Part shown: positions 11,889 to 21,091 of the stretch, in pieces
Position numbering within the stretch: position 1 is the first letter of the stretch
Layout of the letters: each line of letters begins with the position of its first letter
NCBI GenBank assembly: GCA_021816845.1
Contig: JAKAWT010000002.1
Coordinates: 99,017 to 139,723 of the forward strand
DNA: 40,707 bases
Source: a bacterium
Lineage (GTDB): Bacteria > Patescibacteriota > Dojkabacteria > JAKAPS01 > JAJZLI01
Direction of reading: 5' to 3'
Position numbers and translations under genes: made by a program
The notes under the pieces: generated by a model
Databases searched by the model: none
What the model saw: the letters and a program-made list of their open reading frames with translations, nothing else
What the model was told of the DNA's origin: nothing

Positions 11889-12986
11889 TTATAGCAATGT
11901 AATCCAGATTCCTAGTATTGCTAAGGCAAATGATAAAAGCCATAATCTCATTACAATCTTCTCTTCTGACCATCCAATCAATTCTAAGTGATGATGCAAT
12001 GGTGCCATTAATAATACTTTTTTATGTAGATACTTTTTTGATATCTTTTGAACAATGACGCTCATTGTTTCCATCAGAAACACCCCGCCTACGACTATTA
12101 GGATTAATTCTCTTTGAAGTATTATAGATATTATTCCCAGTAGAGATCCTAATGCCAGAGTTCCTATATCCCCCATCTGTACTCTCGCTGGTTTTATATT
12201 AAAATATAAATATGTGATTAAAGCACCTACAACAGTAGCTGTAAGCAGTACCATAGGTTCATTCTTTTCAGTTAGGGCAATTGCAAAAAAAGCCATAAAA
12301 GATGCAACCATTACTCCAGCAGATAATCCATCGAGTCCATCTGTTATGTTTACTGAATTGGCGGTGGCAATAATAATTAAAAGAATAAGAGGTATCATCC
12401 ATATTCCTATATTTATATAAGTATTTCCACCTATCCAGAGGGTATGCATTCCTTTTTCAAAATAAATATAATACACAGCTATAGCTCCAGCTACTAATTG
12501 TATTAATATTCTTTCATGAGGATAGAGGCCAGTTCCATATCTAGAACCTATTGGATTTATAAGATTTTTATAAAAAGCCCAAGGTATTTCTATAAATAAT
12601 ATTATCCTTCTTGATAATTTTTTATGATGTAAAGCTAATTTTAGATGATGTTTAAAAGTTGTATGTCTCCTTTTCCTTTTACCAAATATGTTCAAAAGAT
12701 CATCAATAGCTCCTAGTGCTGCACATATAATGAATATTATAATTGGAATTTGAGTATAACTATTCCAATTGAACGCTATAGTTACTAAAAGTACTGCAAT
12801 TATTATAATTATACCTCCCATCATTGGGGTTCCTAATTTATCTTTCCTTGCCTTGATTATTTTTATAGAATCATCTGCACCTCTCATTCTAACGACTTTC
12901 ATCTGATATAAGATATCAATAATAAAAGGTGCTATTAAAAGTGAAATTAATGTTGATAGTATTAGAAATGTAAATCCTGCTTGCAT
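11889..12986 (-). CDS. mraY: Phospho-N-acetylmuramoyl-pentapeptide transferase
   Basis: 365 aa, polytopic. NSVNITDGLDGLSAG and MAPLHHHLELIGWSEEKIVMRLW are signature MraY blocks. Confidence 0.95.
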   Translation of the reverse strand: MQAGFTFLILSTLISLLIAPFIIDILYQMKVVRMRGADDSIKIIKARKDKLGTPMMGGIIIIIAVLLVTIAFNWNSYTQIPIIIFIICAALGAIDDLLNIFGKRKRRHTTFKHHLKLALHHKKLSRRIILFIEIPWAFYKNLINPIGSRYGTGLYPHERILIQLVAGAIAVYYIYFEKGMHTLWIGGNTYINIGIWMIPLILLIIIATANSVNITDGLDGLSAGVMVASFMAFFAIALTEKNEPMVLLTATVVGALITYLYFNIKPARVQMGDIGTLALGSLLGIISIILQRELILIVVGGVFLMETMSVIVQKISKKYLHKKVLLMAPLHHHLELIGWSEEKIVMRLWLLSFALAILGIWITLL

Positions 12987-12991
12987 AATAT

Positions 12992-13765
12992 TTAGAAAAG
13001 TTTAAATTTTAGTCTCCTTATACCATTACTATTTATTTTTTTTCTATATAAAGAATATGTTTGATATTTAGCATTAGGTATTTTTATCCATTCCTGTTCA
13101 TCTAATCCCTTATTCTCATCCTTTATCTTAATCTCTCCCTCACAAACACCTATCCCTTCTGTTGAATGCCAATATCTAATTTTTGATACCTTCAACCCCA
13201 ACTTCTTATTTTGTTTATATTCTACTTGAGATATTATTGCAATATGCCTTCCTCCGTTAATTTTAATTAAATCTCCAGGTTGTACATCTTTCACAGCAGC
13301 AATCTTTATAGTATTTATGTTATTGGTCAGTGTATAAGCGTTCATTTTAGATGTGGTAGGTTTTATCTTATACGCTAACATTCTCATAGGATTAATAGAT
13401 CTTTTTTTTATAATTGTCCATATATGTAGATTAAATTTTTTTTCTGCTCTAGAATCTAATATATATGTTATGAAACCAGAGCAATCAATCCCTATGTTAT
13501 TCTTCTTTAGAATATCAAATCTCTCTTTTCCAGAAAGCTTTTTATTTCCTGATAACCTATAAACAAGCTTATCTATTTCTTCTGGTGAGCCCTTACCAAC
13601 ATATACAGGTTTTTTCAATTTTGCTGAATGCTTATTTATATAGTATGGAGTATTCAAAAATCTTTTATAAGTATTTATAACTTCCACAGGTAATTTCTTA
13701 ATATTACCAGAAGTTACTTTGCTCTTTTTTCTTAAGTCTTTTTTATTATTCAAAATATATTTCAA
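12992..13765 (-). CDS. NlpC/P60 (C40) family cysteine peptidase-like protein without a signal peptide
   Basis: 257 aa. The catalytic Cys lies in the motif NIGIDCSGFITYIL. PGDLIKINGGRHIAII supplies the conserved His. The first codon is TTG, and no in-frame ATG occurs before the catalytic Cys. Confidence 0.65.
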   Translation of the reverse strand: MKYILNNKKDLRKKSKVTSGNIKKLPVEVINTYKRFLNTPYYINKHSAKLKKPVYVGKGSPEEIDKLVYRLSGNKKLSGKERFDILKKNNIGIDCSGFITYILDSRAEKKFNLHIWTIIKKRSINPMRMLAYKIKPTTSKMNAYTLTNNINTIKIAAVKDVQPGDLIKINGGRHIAIISQVEYKQNKKLGLKVSKIRYWHSTEGIGVCEGEIKIKDENKGLDEQEWIKIPNAKYQTYSLYRKKINSNGIRRLKFKLF

Positions 13766-13817
13766 TTAACATATATGGCGAATATTATAGGACATTTGAT
13801 ATATTTTTGTCAAGCTA

Positions 13818-14957
13818 TCATATCTTCCACAAAGGACTATCGAAAGTTTTTATTAATTTTTTCTTCTGGTTAAAAGCATAAAAAGTATCATTGATTAAAT
13901 TATCGATTACATTACTAAATGGTGTTCCCTTGGCTTCCCATAAATAAAAAGATAAAGAACCTGGTATAGTATTGATTTCTATTAAATAAAAATTATTATT
14001 TTTTTTATCAATTAAAAAATCTAATCTTGCTATCCCTCTAGCGTGAAGTATTTTATATGCTTTAATTGTGGATTCTTTAATTTTATTATCAAGATTATGT
14101 TCAACATTTGCTGGTATTATTTTTTTTGAATCCATCATTCCTTCTTGATTATGGTTTTTTTTATTTCCTTTCAAGTATTTTTCATCATAACTAAATAGTT
14201 TAATATCATCTTTATTTATCTCTTCTGATTCTGATAATTCATACTCCTTTATATTTTGCATTATAGAGTAATTTATCTCTTGCATATCTTTTCCGAATTT
14301 TTCAATTATGACATTATTATCGTAAAGAAAATCTTCTGATAGGGCATCCTCTAATTCTTCTTCATTCTCAACTTTTTTAACTCCAATACTAGAACCTAAA
14401 GATGATGGTTTAACTATATATGGGAAGTCAGATATATTTTTTATTTTTTTCATACATTCTTTTTTATCACTATTCCATTGATCTATATTAATATATGTCC
14501 ATGGTAGTATAGGGATATTATTTGATTCTAATATATACTTCATAACTACCTTATCCATTCCATAGACTGATCCTTTTAACCAAGAGCCTGTATAGGGTAT
14601 ATCAATCATATCTAAAAACCCTTGTATTGTACCATTCTCTCCATAACCTCCATGAAATGCTAATAGGCATATATCTGGTGATGGTATAGTTTTTAATTTA
14701 CCTAATTTAAAGATAACTTTCTTATTCTGAATTATTATTGTTAAATCTTGAATATCTAATTTTTTAAAATCTTTAAATGTATTGAATCTTTCAAAATTTG
14801 ATATATATTTAAATTTATTATTTTTATCCAGATAAATAGGAAATACTGTATATTTAGTTTCATTAATTTTTTTTAATATTTGTTTTGCTGTTATTATAGA
14901 TATCTCATGTTCAGGGGATTCTCCACCAAACATCAAATATAAATTGATTTTTGACAT
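13818..14957 (-). CDS. ddl: D-alanine--D-alanine ligase
   Basis: 379 aa. It shows LMFGGESPEHEISIITAKQI, FHGGYGENGTIQGFLD, VKPSSLGSSIGV and LIEINTIPG, the Ddl ATP-grasp blocks. Confidence 0.9.
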   Translation of the reverse strand: MSKINLYLMFGGESPEHEISIITAKQILKKINETKYTVFPIYLDKNNKFKYISNFERFNTFKDFKKLDIQDLTIIIQNKKVIFKLGKLKTIPSPDICLLAFHGGYGENGTIQGFLDMIDIPYTGSWLKGSVYGMDKVVMKYILESNNIPILPWTYINIDQWNSDKKECMKKIKNISDFPYIVKPSSLGSSIGVKKVENEEELEDALSEDFLYDNNVIIEKFGKDMQEINYSIMQNIKEYELSESEEINKDDIKLFSYDEKYLKGNKKNHNQEGMMDSKKIIPANVEHNLDNKIKESTIKAYKILHARGIARLDFLIDKKNNNFYLIEINTIPGSLSFYLWEAKGTPFSNVIDNLINDTFYAFNQKKKLIKTFDSPLWKI

Positions 14958-14963
14958 AGATAT

Positions 14964-16322
14964 TTATATATAATATAAATCAGTAATCTCATTTTGCATT
15001 AGTACAGTATCACCCTTTTTAAGTATAGTATATTTTATATTATCAAATTCCTCATAGTTCTTTACATATACTATCTTTTTTTTATCTTTAATTCCATTCT
15101 CTATATATTTTCTATATGGAGTATCAAAAAGGAATACTATATCAATTTTACTCAATAATTTTCCGTAATCTTCATTAACAGATTTACTTTCACTTCCTCT
15201 TTCAACTATTCCACCAGTGACTATAATAGTTCTAGATGCTACTTTTTTAGATTTTAAAAATTCTAGAACATTTACTGCTATTGTAGCAGATTCAATACCT
15301 ATATTATATGTGTCATCAATGAACAAAATATCCCTTTCATAATAAGGAGATAATCTTCTTGCCACGGGCTTTATTAATTGTAATTTACCTTCAATATTAG
15401 GAATATTAAAGAGCTCAGCTATATCGATTGCTATACTTAGATTAGATATCATGCCCTCTCCAATAAGATTGGTATGGTATGTTTTTTCACCTTTTTTAAA
15501 ATATGTTTTAAAATTTTTAAAATCTATAATTTTTGGATTTATAATCCTATATATTTTTGTATGAATTTTAGGAATATTTTTTATATCATATACATCTTGA
15601 GGTAGAATAACTGTAGATTTAGGTTTTGCAAATTTTATATTCTCTGATTCTGCTGATATTATATTCTCCATAGATTTGAACCTTTCTAAATGCTGTGTAC
15701 CTATAGATGCAATTACAGAAATATCTGGTGGGAATATTTTACATACACCTGCAACGTCTCCTTTCTTATATGTACCTATCTCTAGCAATAGTACCTCAAT
15801 ATCTTGTGGCATTTTAGAATTTATTTCTTTTGCAATTCCAAGTATTGTATTTATGCTACTTTTTGGCATAAATACTTTTTTATCACCTTGTAAAAGTGTA
15901 TATACAAATGATGTAGTAGATGTTTTACCATAAGAACCAGTAATTGCAATAATTTTTAAATCTTTTATTCTTGAAACCTTCCTTTTTGCTTTTTGAATGA
16001 TTATACTTTTTATTATAAATGAAATAGGTTCTAGTATAATTGATGATAATATAATGTAGATAGGAGTAAGAAAATATATAAGTACTATAAATACTATTAT
16101 AGGAATAATATTTTTTGCAGATAATATAATTGGATATAATGTTAGTATCTGTAGAATTATTGTAATTACAAAATAAGTTTTAATTTTACTTGTATACACT
16201 AACCTGTCTTTAAATTGATATTTTTTAAAAATTCCAGATCTTAAAACAAATAAGGTAAATTTATATAAATCGTATTCATATAATTGTAGAATATAAAGAT
16301 ATTTGTAGTATGAGTTATACAT
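14964..16322 (-). CDS. murF: MurF-like Mur ligase with an N-terminal membrane domain
   Basis: 452 aa. About 110 hydrophobic N-terminal residues (2-3 predicted TM helices) come first. They are followed by the P-loop IAITGSYGKTSTT, EIGTYKKGDVAGVCKIFPPDISVIASIGTQHLERF and IDDTYNIGIESA. Confidence 0.8.
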   Translation of the reverse strand: MYNSYYKYLYILQLYEYDLYKFTLFVLRSGIFKKYQFKDRLVYTSKIKTYFVITIILQILTLYPIILSAKNIIPIIVFIVLIYFLTPIYIILSSIILEPISFIIKSIIIQKAKRKVSRIKDLKIIAITGSYGKTSTTSFVYTLLQGDKKVFMPKSSINTILGIAKEINSKMPQDIEVLLLEIGTYKKGDVAGVCKIFPPDISVIASIGTQHLERFKSMENIISAESENIKFAKPKSTVILPQDVYDIKNIPKIHTKIYRIINPKIIDFKNFKTYFKKGEKTYHTNLIGEGMISNLSIAIDIAELFNIPNIEGKLQLIKPVARRLSPYYERDILFIDDTYNIGIESATIAVNVLEFLKSKKVASRTIIVTGGIVERGSESKSVNEDYGKLLSKIDIVFLFDTPYRKYIENGIKDKKKIVYVKNYEEFDNIKYTILKKGDTVLMQNEITDLYYI

Positions 16323-17058
16323 TTTTATTCTTTTTTAAATATTTTTTTATGATACCTGTAAAAAGATAAGGATCCTCAAGGTGGGCAAAGTGTCCATTAT
16401 TGGGCATAATTTCTAAAATGGATTTTTTTATGCCATTTTTAAATATATATGCATCTTTTAAATCTAGTTCTCTATCCTTATCTCCCCACAATATTAATGT
16501 AGGAGTTTCTATCTTATTAAATTTTTCTTCAGCATTATAAGATATGGCATTTAAAAACAAATTTTTATATTCTTTTGCATTTTTATAATCATTGCTCCTT
16601 AATTTTCCTGCTATATAGGCTGATCCTGGTATCTTTTTTAAAAATTGTATTTTTCTGTATGGATTTTTATGTATTATACCCGCAGATGAGAATAAAATTA
16701 AATTTGAAACAATATCTTCATGTTTTGCAGTGAAATCTATTGCTATTCTGCCACCAAATGAATGAGCAAGTATATTAATTTTCTTTATCTTTAAATCATT
16801 CAGGAAAGAAAATAAATAATTACTATAATCTGATGTTGTAAAATTAGAAAAGCTACTATCTTTACTGTCTCCAAATCCAGGTAAATCAGGACATATTATA
16901 TCCATATCTTTAGATAATAGTTCTATAATACCTTTCCAAGATTCTTTATTCTGCATCCATCCATGTAATATTAAAAGAGGTATTTTTAAAGAGCCATTTC
17001 TAGAGTAAAAATAAGACATTTTTTTATAATACATATTCCGTAAATTGCTCTTTAACAT
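16315..17058 (-). CDS. Alpha/beta-fold hydrolase
   Basis: 247 aa. It has LILHGW, PDLPGFGDS, the nucleophile elbow AHSFGG and a C-terminal NNGHFAHLEDP. It overlaps murF by 8 nt. Confidence 0.8.
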   Translation of the reverse strand: MLKSNLRNMYYKKMSYFYSRNGSLKIPLLILHGWMQNKESWKGIIELLSKDMDIICPDLPGFGDSKDSSFSNFTTSDYSNYLFSFLNDLKIKKINILAHSFGGRIAIDFTAKHEDIVSNLILFSSAGIIHKNPYRKIQFLKKIPGSAYIAGKLRSNDYKNAKEYKNLFLNAISYNAEEKFNKIETPTLILWGDKDRELDLKDAYIFKNGIKKSILEIMPNNGHFAHLEDPYLFTGIIKKYLKKNKNV

Positions 17059-17142
17059 AACTTTGATTATACAATAAGATACTATTCAATTAAAGTTAAG
17101 ACTGATATATAATTGTTTGAGTATTTTCTTATATAAATTATA

Positions 17143-17769
17143 ATGAGTATATTTTTAAATCTTCTGTTTGGTTTTATTATATCAGGGATAGCATTTATTC
17201 TTATTATAGTGTTTGATTTTATAGCAAAATTTTTTATTGATAATAAAAATATAACTAGAGGTATCATACATATTTTTTTTGGATTAGTTTCAATATTTTT
17301 GGCTCTCCACCTTCTTACAGTATCTTTTATTACCATACTAATTTTATCTTTTTTTATAATATTCCCATCATATAAATTGAAGCTACTTTCATCAATCCAT
17401 GGAGTTAACAGGAAAACCTATGGAGAATTATTTCTACCATTAGGTATTTTATTTGCATATATATTCTCTTTTTCAAATATGCATTATTTTATAGCTGTGG
17501 TTTTAATACTCACATTTTCTGATCCTGTAGCAGGATTTATTGGAAGTTACGTAAATAAAAATAAAAAAACTAATATAGGATCAATTGCTTTTTATATAGT
17601 AACTTTTGTGATTCTATATACAATGTTTCATCAATATAACATAATATATATTGCTATAATAGGATTAATAGTTACTTTAGTTGAAAGAGTTTCTATCCTT
17701 GGAGCTGATGATATTACTATACCATTATCTGCACTTGCACTTATTTATCTTCTTGCACTATTTTCATAA
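17143..17769 (+). CDS. Polyprenol (dolichol/phytol) kinase-like membrane protein, CTP-transferase-1 superfamily
   Basis: 208 aa, polytopic. FSDPVAGFIGSYV and VERVSILGADDITIPL resemble the two C-terminal motifs of dolichol/phytol kinases. The CdsA signature (K-D...HGG..DR.D) is absent. Confidence 0.55.
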   Translation: MSIFLNLLFGFIISGIAFILIIVFDFIAKFFIDNKNITRGIIHIFFGLVSIFLALHLLTVSFITILILSFFIIFPSYKLKLLSSIHGVNRKTYGELFLPLGILFAYIFSFSNMHYFIAVVLILTFSDPVAGFIGSYVNKNKKTNIGSIAFYIVTFVILYTMFHQYNIIYIAIIGLIVTLVERVSILGADDITIPLSALALIYLLALFS

Positions 17770-18772
17770 TACTTCTTGCTAGTTTTTGACTATCATGTCT
17801 TATTAATGCTCTTTTAGTCGTATCCCCTTTTTGTGGTATTACAGTTTTTTGAGATATAACATTAAAGCGTCTTGCTTTATCATTATCTGATAAATCATCT
17901 ACGATTGGATATCCCCCTTCTTTCTCATATTTTTTAAGTATATTTTTAGGGTACTTTCCATTATTTAATAAAACAAAATCTATCAGATTTTTTCCAATAT
18001 ATTTTTCTATATCTTTAATATAATCAGAAGCTCTATATTTATAGGTTTCACTCTTTTTAGATATCAAGTTCATAATATATATAACCTTGGCTTTATTTTG
18101 TGAACCATTTGTATTAGTACCTTTGGCCTTTTTGATGGCGTTAATTGTTCCTTTTACAATAAAGTTTGGAAGTATACTTGTATATAAATCACCTGGACCA
18201 ATGATTATATAATCAGCATTTAATATAGCATTCTCAGCATCAAAAGAAATCATTACTTCTGGTTCTAAATACAATTTTTTTATTCTGTATACCTTCTTAT
18301 TATAATCCTGACCTGTCCCTATATCATCATCTCCTTTTACTATTTTACTGTTTTCAAGTTTGGCTACCAAAGTTGCCTTTTGAAGGGACACTGGAAGTAC
18401 AGTACCTTTTATGTGTAATATCTTTCCCATCTGTTTTATTGCCTCTTGCTCAGATCCTAAAATTTCTATAAGTCCTGTTAAAAGCAAATTACCTAGACTA
18501 TGTCCTTGTAATCCCTTTTCTCCTTTATCAAACCTGTATGTAAATAGTTGCCTAATCAACGTTCCGTCAGGAGATAAAGCCGTTATACATTGCCTTATAT
18601 CTCCTACAGGTAAGATACCAAATTCATCAATAAGCCTACCGGTTGATCCTCCATTATCAAAAGTAGTTACTATAGCCGATATATTACAACCTTTAATCCT
18701 TTTTATTCCCGATAATAATGTGAAAGATCCAGTTCCACCTCCAATTGTTACTATGTTAATATTTTTTTTCAT
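17741..18772 (-). CDS. yvcK: YvcK/CofD-family protein (UPF0052; gluconeogenesis-factor/GlmR-like)
   Basis: NIVTIGGGTGSFTLLSGIK...ISAIVTTFDNGGSTGRL...GDIRQC...GHSLGNLLL are typical YvcK/CofD blocks. The track start at 18793 is a TTG, and I prefer the ATG at 18772. Confidence 0.85.
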   Translation of the reverse strand: MKKNINIVTIGGGTGSFTLLSGIKRIKGCNISAIVTTFDNGGSTGRLIDEFGILPVGDIRQCITALSPDGTLIRQLFTYRFDKGEKGLQGHSLGNLLLTGLIEILGSEQEAIKQMGKILHIKGTVLPVSLQKATLVAKLENSKIVKGDDDIGTGQDYNKKVYRIKKLYLEPEVMISFDAENAILNADYIIIGPGDLYTSILPNFIVKGTINAIKKAKGTNTNGSQNKAKVIYIMNLISKKSETYKYRASDYIKDIEKYIGKNLIDFVLLNNGKYPKNILKKYEKEGGYPIVDDLSDNDKARRFNVISQKTVIPQKGDTTKRALIRHDSQKLARSIMKIVQEDK

Positions 18773-18817
18773 ATATAATTGATATATTAACAAATTTAGA
18801 TATAAAAATAAATTTCA

Positions 18818-20077
18818 CTATTCCTTATATAGTCCTATTTTAGATATATATTTTTTCACTAGATCCTCATCTATTTTTTCTCTTGACTGTATTCTTGCAA
18901 TCTCAATGTTAGGGTTTATTAGACCTTTATTTTGTAATAATAATAAATCATCTTTATTGATACTTGTTACATCATAACCATCTTTTATCTTTTCAAAATT
19001 TCTATTATATATTCCGTTAAAATTTGATTCCATTTCTATAGCATAATCTTTTATGTTGCGGATAATAAGTTGATTTAAATTATAATCATCAAATAATGAT
19101 TTATTAATTTTATCAATATTTATAGAATATTCTTTATTTAGAAATTCTAGAATGTGTATTAATTTAAAAGGTATTTCTCCTTTCTCCTGTTGTATTTTTG
19201 AGAAAGTAGGCATAGTAGCGTTCTCCCTTGCATTAATTTCAACAAGATATATGCCAGTATCATTTACTATGAAGTCAGCACCAAACATACCTTTATACTT
19301 ATCATACTTTAATGTATTACCTATATTTATCATTGCATTTTGCAATAAACCTTTATTTTTTATAGATAACTTAGTATTCCAATCATTACCTACAGTACCA
19401 CCTTCATATCTGGTTAAATAAGATACTCCAGTTATCTGTTTTGTTAGATTACCAGTTAATATTCCATACCTTGTGACTACACCATTTAGTGTATAATATT
19501 CGCCGTCTATAAACCTTACTGCTTTTGCGTATCTTTTTGCGTATCTTGTACTTATTTTATAATAATCATCTTCATTTTTTATGAAAAATGTTGTATTTCC
19601 ACTTTGTCCTCCTTGGAATTGAATTACAAATTTAGTACCGAATATATTTTTTAAGGATGCATACGTGTCTTTCTCTAAGTTAACTATTTTTGTCTCTGGG
19701 ACTAAATCTTTAAAAATTTTGACTATTTCAAGTTTATTCTCATACTTTCTATTTAATACCGCTTTTGTATTCAGTATATTTTTATGATTTAAAGTTACTT
19801 CTATATTAGGAGCTATTTTAAAAAACATAAAATATGGGTTTTTAAATTGTTTGATAAATTTTTTTGCATCACTCTCGTGTAATAATTTATTTGAATTTCT
19901 AAAGATTCCTATATTTGGCTTATCTTTTTTTAGAGAGTAATATGATTTAATAAAATTAAGAATGTATGAATCATCAATACATAATATATGATAGTTTGGA
20001 ATGATATTCTCTACTCCTAAAGCTCTTTCAGGATCATTAGTTACATAAATTATATCTATATTATCTAATTTATTCAT
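18818..20077 (-). CDS. ATP-grasp ligase, substrate unknown
   Basis: 419 aa. MFGADFIVNDTGIYLVEINARENAT is the ATP-grasp Mg/ATP-binding C-terminal block. A central GGQSGNTTFFIKNEDD resembles the flexible loop. An ATGA overlap joins it to the upstream PLP enzyme. Confidence 0.75.
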   Translation of the reverse strand: MNKLDNIDIIYVTNDPERALGVENIIPNYHILCIDDSYILNFIKSYYSLKKDKPNIGIFRNSNKLLHESDAKKFIKQFKNPYFMFFKIAPNIEVTLNHKNILNTKAVLNRKYENKLEIVKIFKDLVPETKIVNLEKDTYASLKNIFGTKFVIQFQGGQSGNTTFFIKNEDDYYKISTRYAKRYAKAVRFIDGEYYTLNGVVTRYGILTGNLTKQITGVSYLTRYEGGTVGNDWNTKLSIKNKGLLQNAMINIGNTLKYDKYKGMFGADFIVNDTGIYLVEINARENATMPTFSKIQQEKGEIPFKLIHILEFLNKEYSINIDKINKSLFDDYNLNQLIIRNIKDYAIEMESNFNGIYNRNFEKIKDGYDVTSINKDDLLLLQNKGLINPNIEIARIQSREKIDEDLVKKYISKIGLYKE

Positions 20078-21015
20078 CTTGATCCTGTAAATAAAAGTAC
20101 TACCCTGTTGAATTTATAACCTTTTCTAACAGCTTTTTTAAGTCCAGCTACTGTTAAAGCTCCCTCTGGAGAAGTGAGGATATCATTTTTTATAAGTTGA
20201 TCTTGTGCTTCTTTTATATCTTTATTCTGTATTGTCCATCCCCATCCCCTACTTTTTTTTATAGCGTCAATTACTTTCTTTTTCCTTTCAGTTACTCTAG
20301 CTACGATAGAATCACATAAAGAATTATCTTCTCTAATAAAATCATTATCATAAAATTTTGATATTGTATTTATTTTTGATGTCTGCACTAAATGGATTTG
20401 GCATTTGGTTGAAAGTGACTGTGATATACCATACAATGTAGTACCACTTGATACTGGAATAAATATAGCATCCGCTCTAATATTTTCGATCTCTTTTGAT
20501 ATAGTCTTAAATCCCTCCACAGCATATTTATCTTTGGAGCCTCTCAATATCGGAATATTTTTTTCTTTAGAATATTTGAACGCATCTGATAAAGGTTTTT
20601 TTGATCTGTGGACTCTAATTCTACTTGAATTTTTTCCTGTATATTTATTTAATCTTTTTGTTTTTTCTAATGATAATTTATCTGATATGAATATCTCTAT
20701 GTTGATATCTGCAAGAACAGAATATGCTATTGCAGATATTGCAGTGTTACCAGATGATGGAACGATAATATCTTTAATATTTTTAGATTGCAGATAAGAT
20801 ATAAGAAAGGCTAAAGATCTATCTTTAGCTGATCCAGTTGGATTTTTATCTTCTCTTTTTGCATATATATATGGGATTCCTGTTTCTTTTTCTAAAAAAC
20901 CTAATCTTAAAACTGGTGTATTTCCTTCATTTTTTGTTACTCTATATTTTTCTGGTACATTATATGAGAATAACTCTTCATGTTTCCAAATCCCTTGTGT
21001 TCTATTATCTTTCAT
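20074..21015 (-). CDS. Fold-type-II PLP-dependent enzyme (threonine-synthase/cysteine-synthase-like)
   Basis: 313 aa. EGNTPVLRL, the PLP-lysine region KREDKNPTGSAKDRS, PSSGNTAISAIAYS and a C-terminal LLFTGS are arranged as in short threonine synthases. Confidence 0.75.
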   Translation of the reverse strand: MKDNRTQGIWKHEELFSYNVPEKYRVTKNEGNTPVLRLGFLEKETGIPYIYAKREDKNPTGSAKDRSLAFLISYLQSKNIKDIIVPSSGNTAISAIAYSVLADINIEIFISDKLSLEKTKRLNKYTGKNSSRIRVHRSKKPLSDAFKYSKEKNIPILRGSKDKYAVEGFKTISKEIENIRADAIFIPVSSGTTLYGISQSLSTKCQIHLVQTSKINTISKFYDNDFIREDNSLCDSIVARVTERKKKVIDAIKKSRGWGWTIQNKDIKEAQDQLIKNDILTSPEGALTVAGLKKAVRKGYKFNRVVLLFTGSR

Positions 21016-21091
21016 GAATTAATTTTATCATAAATATGACTATTTAGTATTATTTAGGTACTAGAACCTTTGAATCCATACTTTTTGCATC

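Noticed and set aside
17082-17336. 84-aa minus-strand ORF between the alpha/beta hydrolase and the polyprenol-kinase-like gene.
   Set aside because: It overlaps the 5' part of the plus-strand membrane-protein gene (17143-17769). It has no motifs and looks like a shadow ORF.
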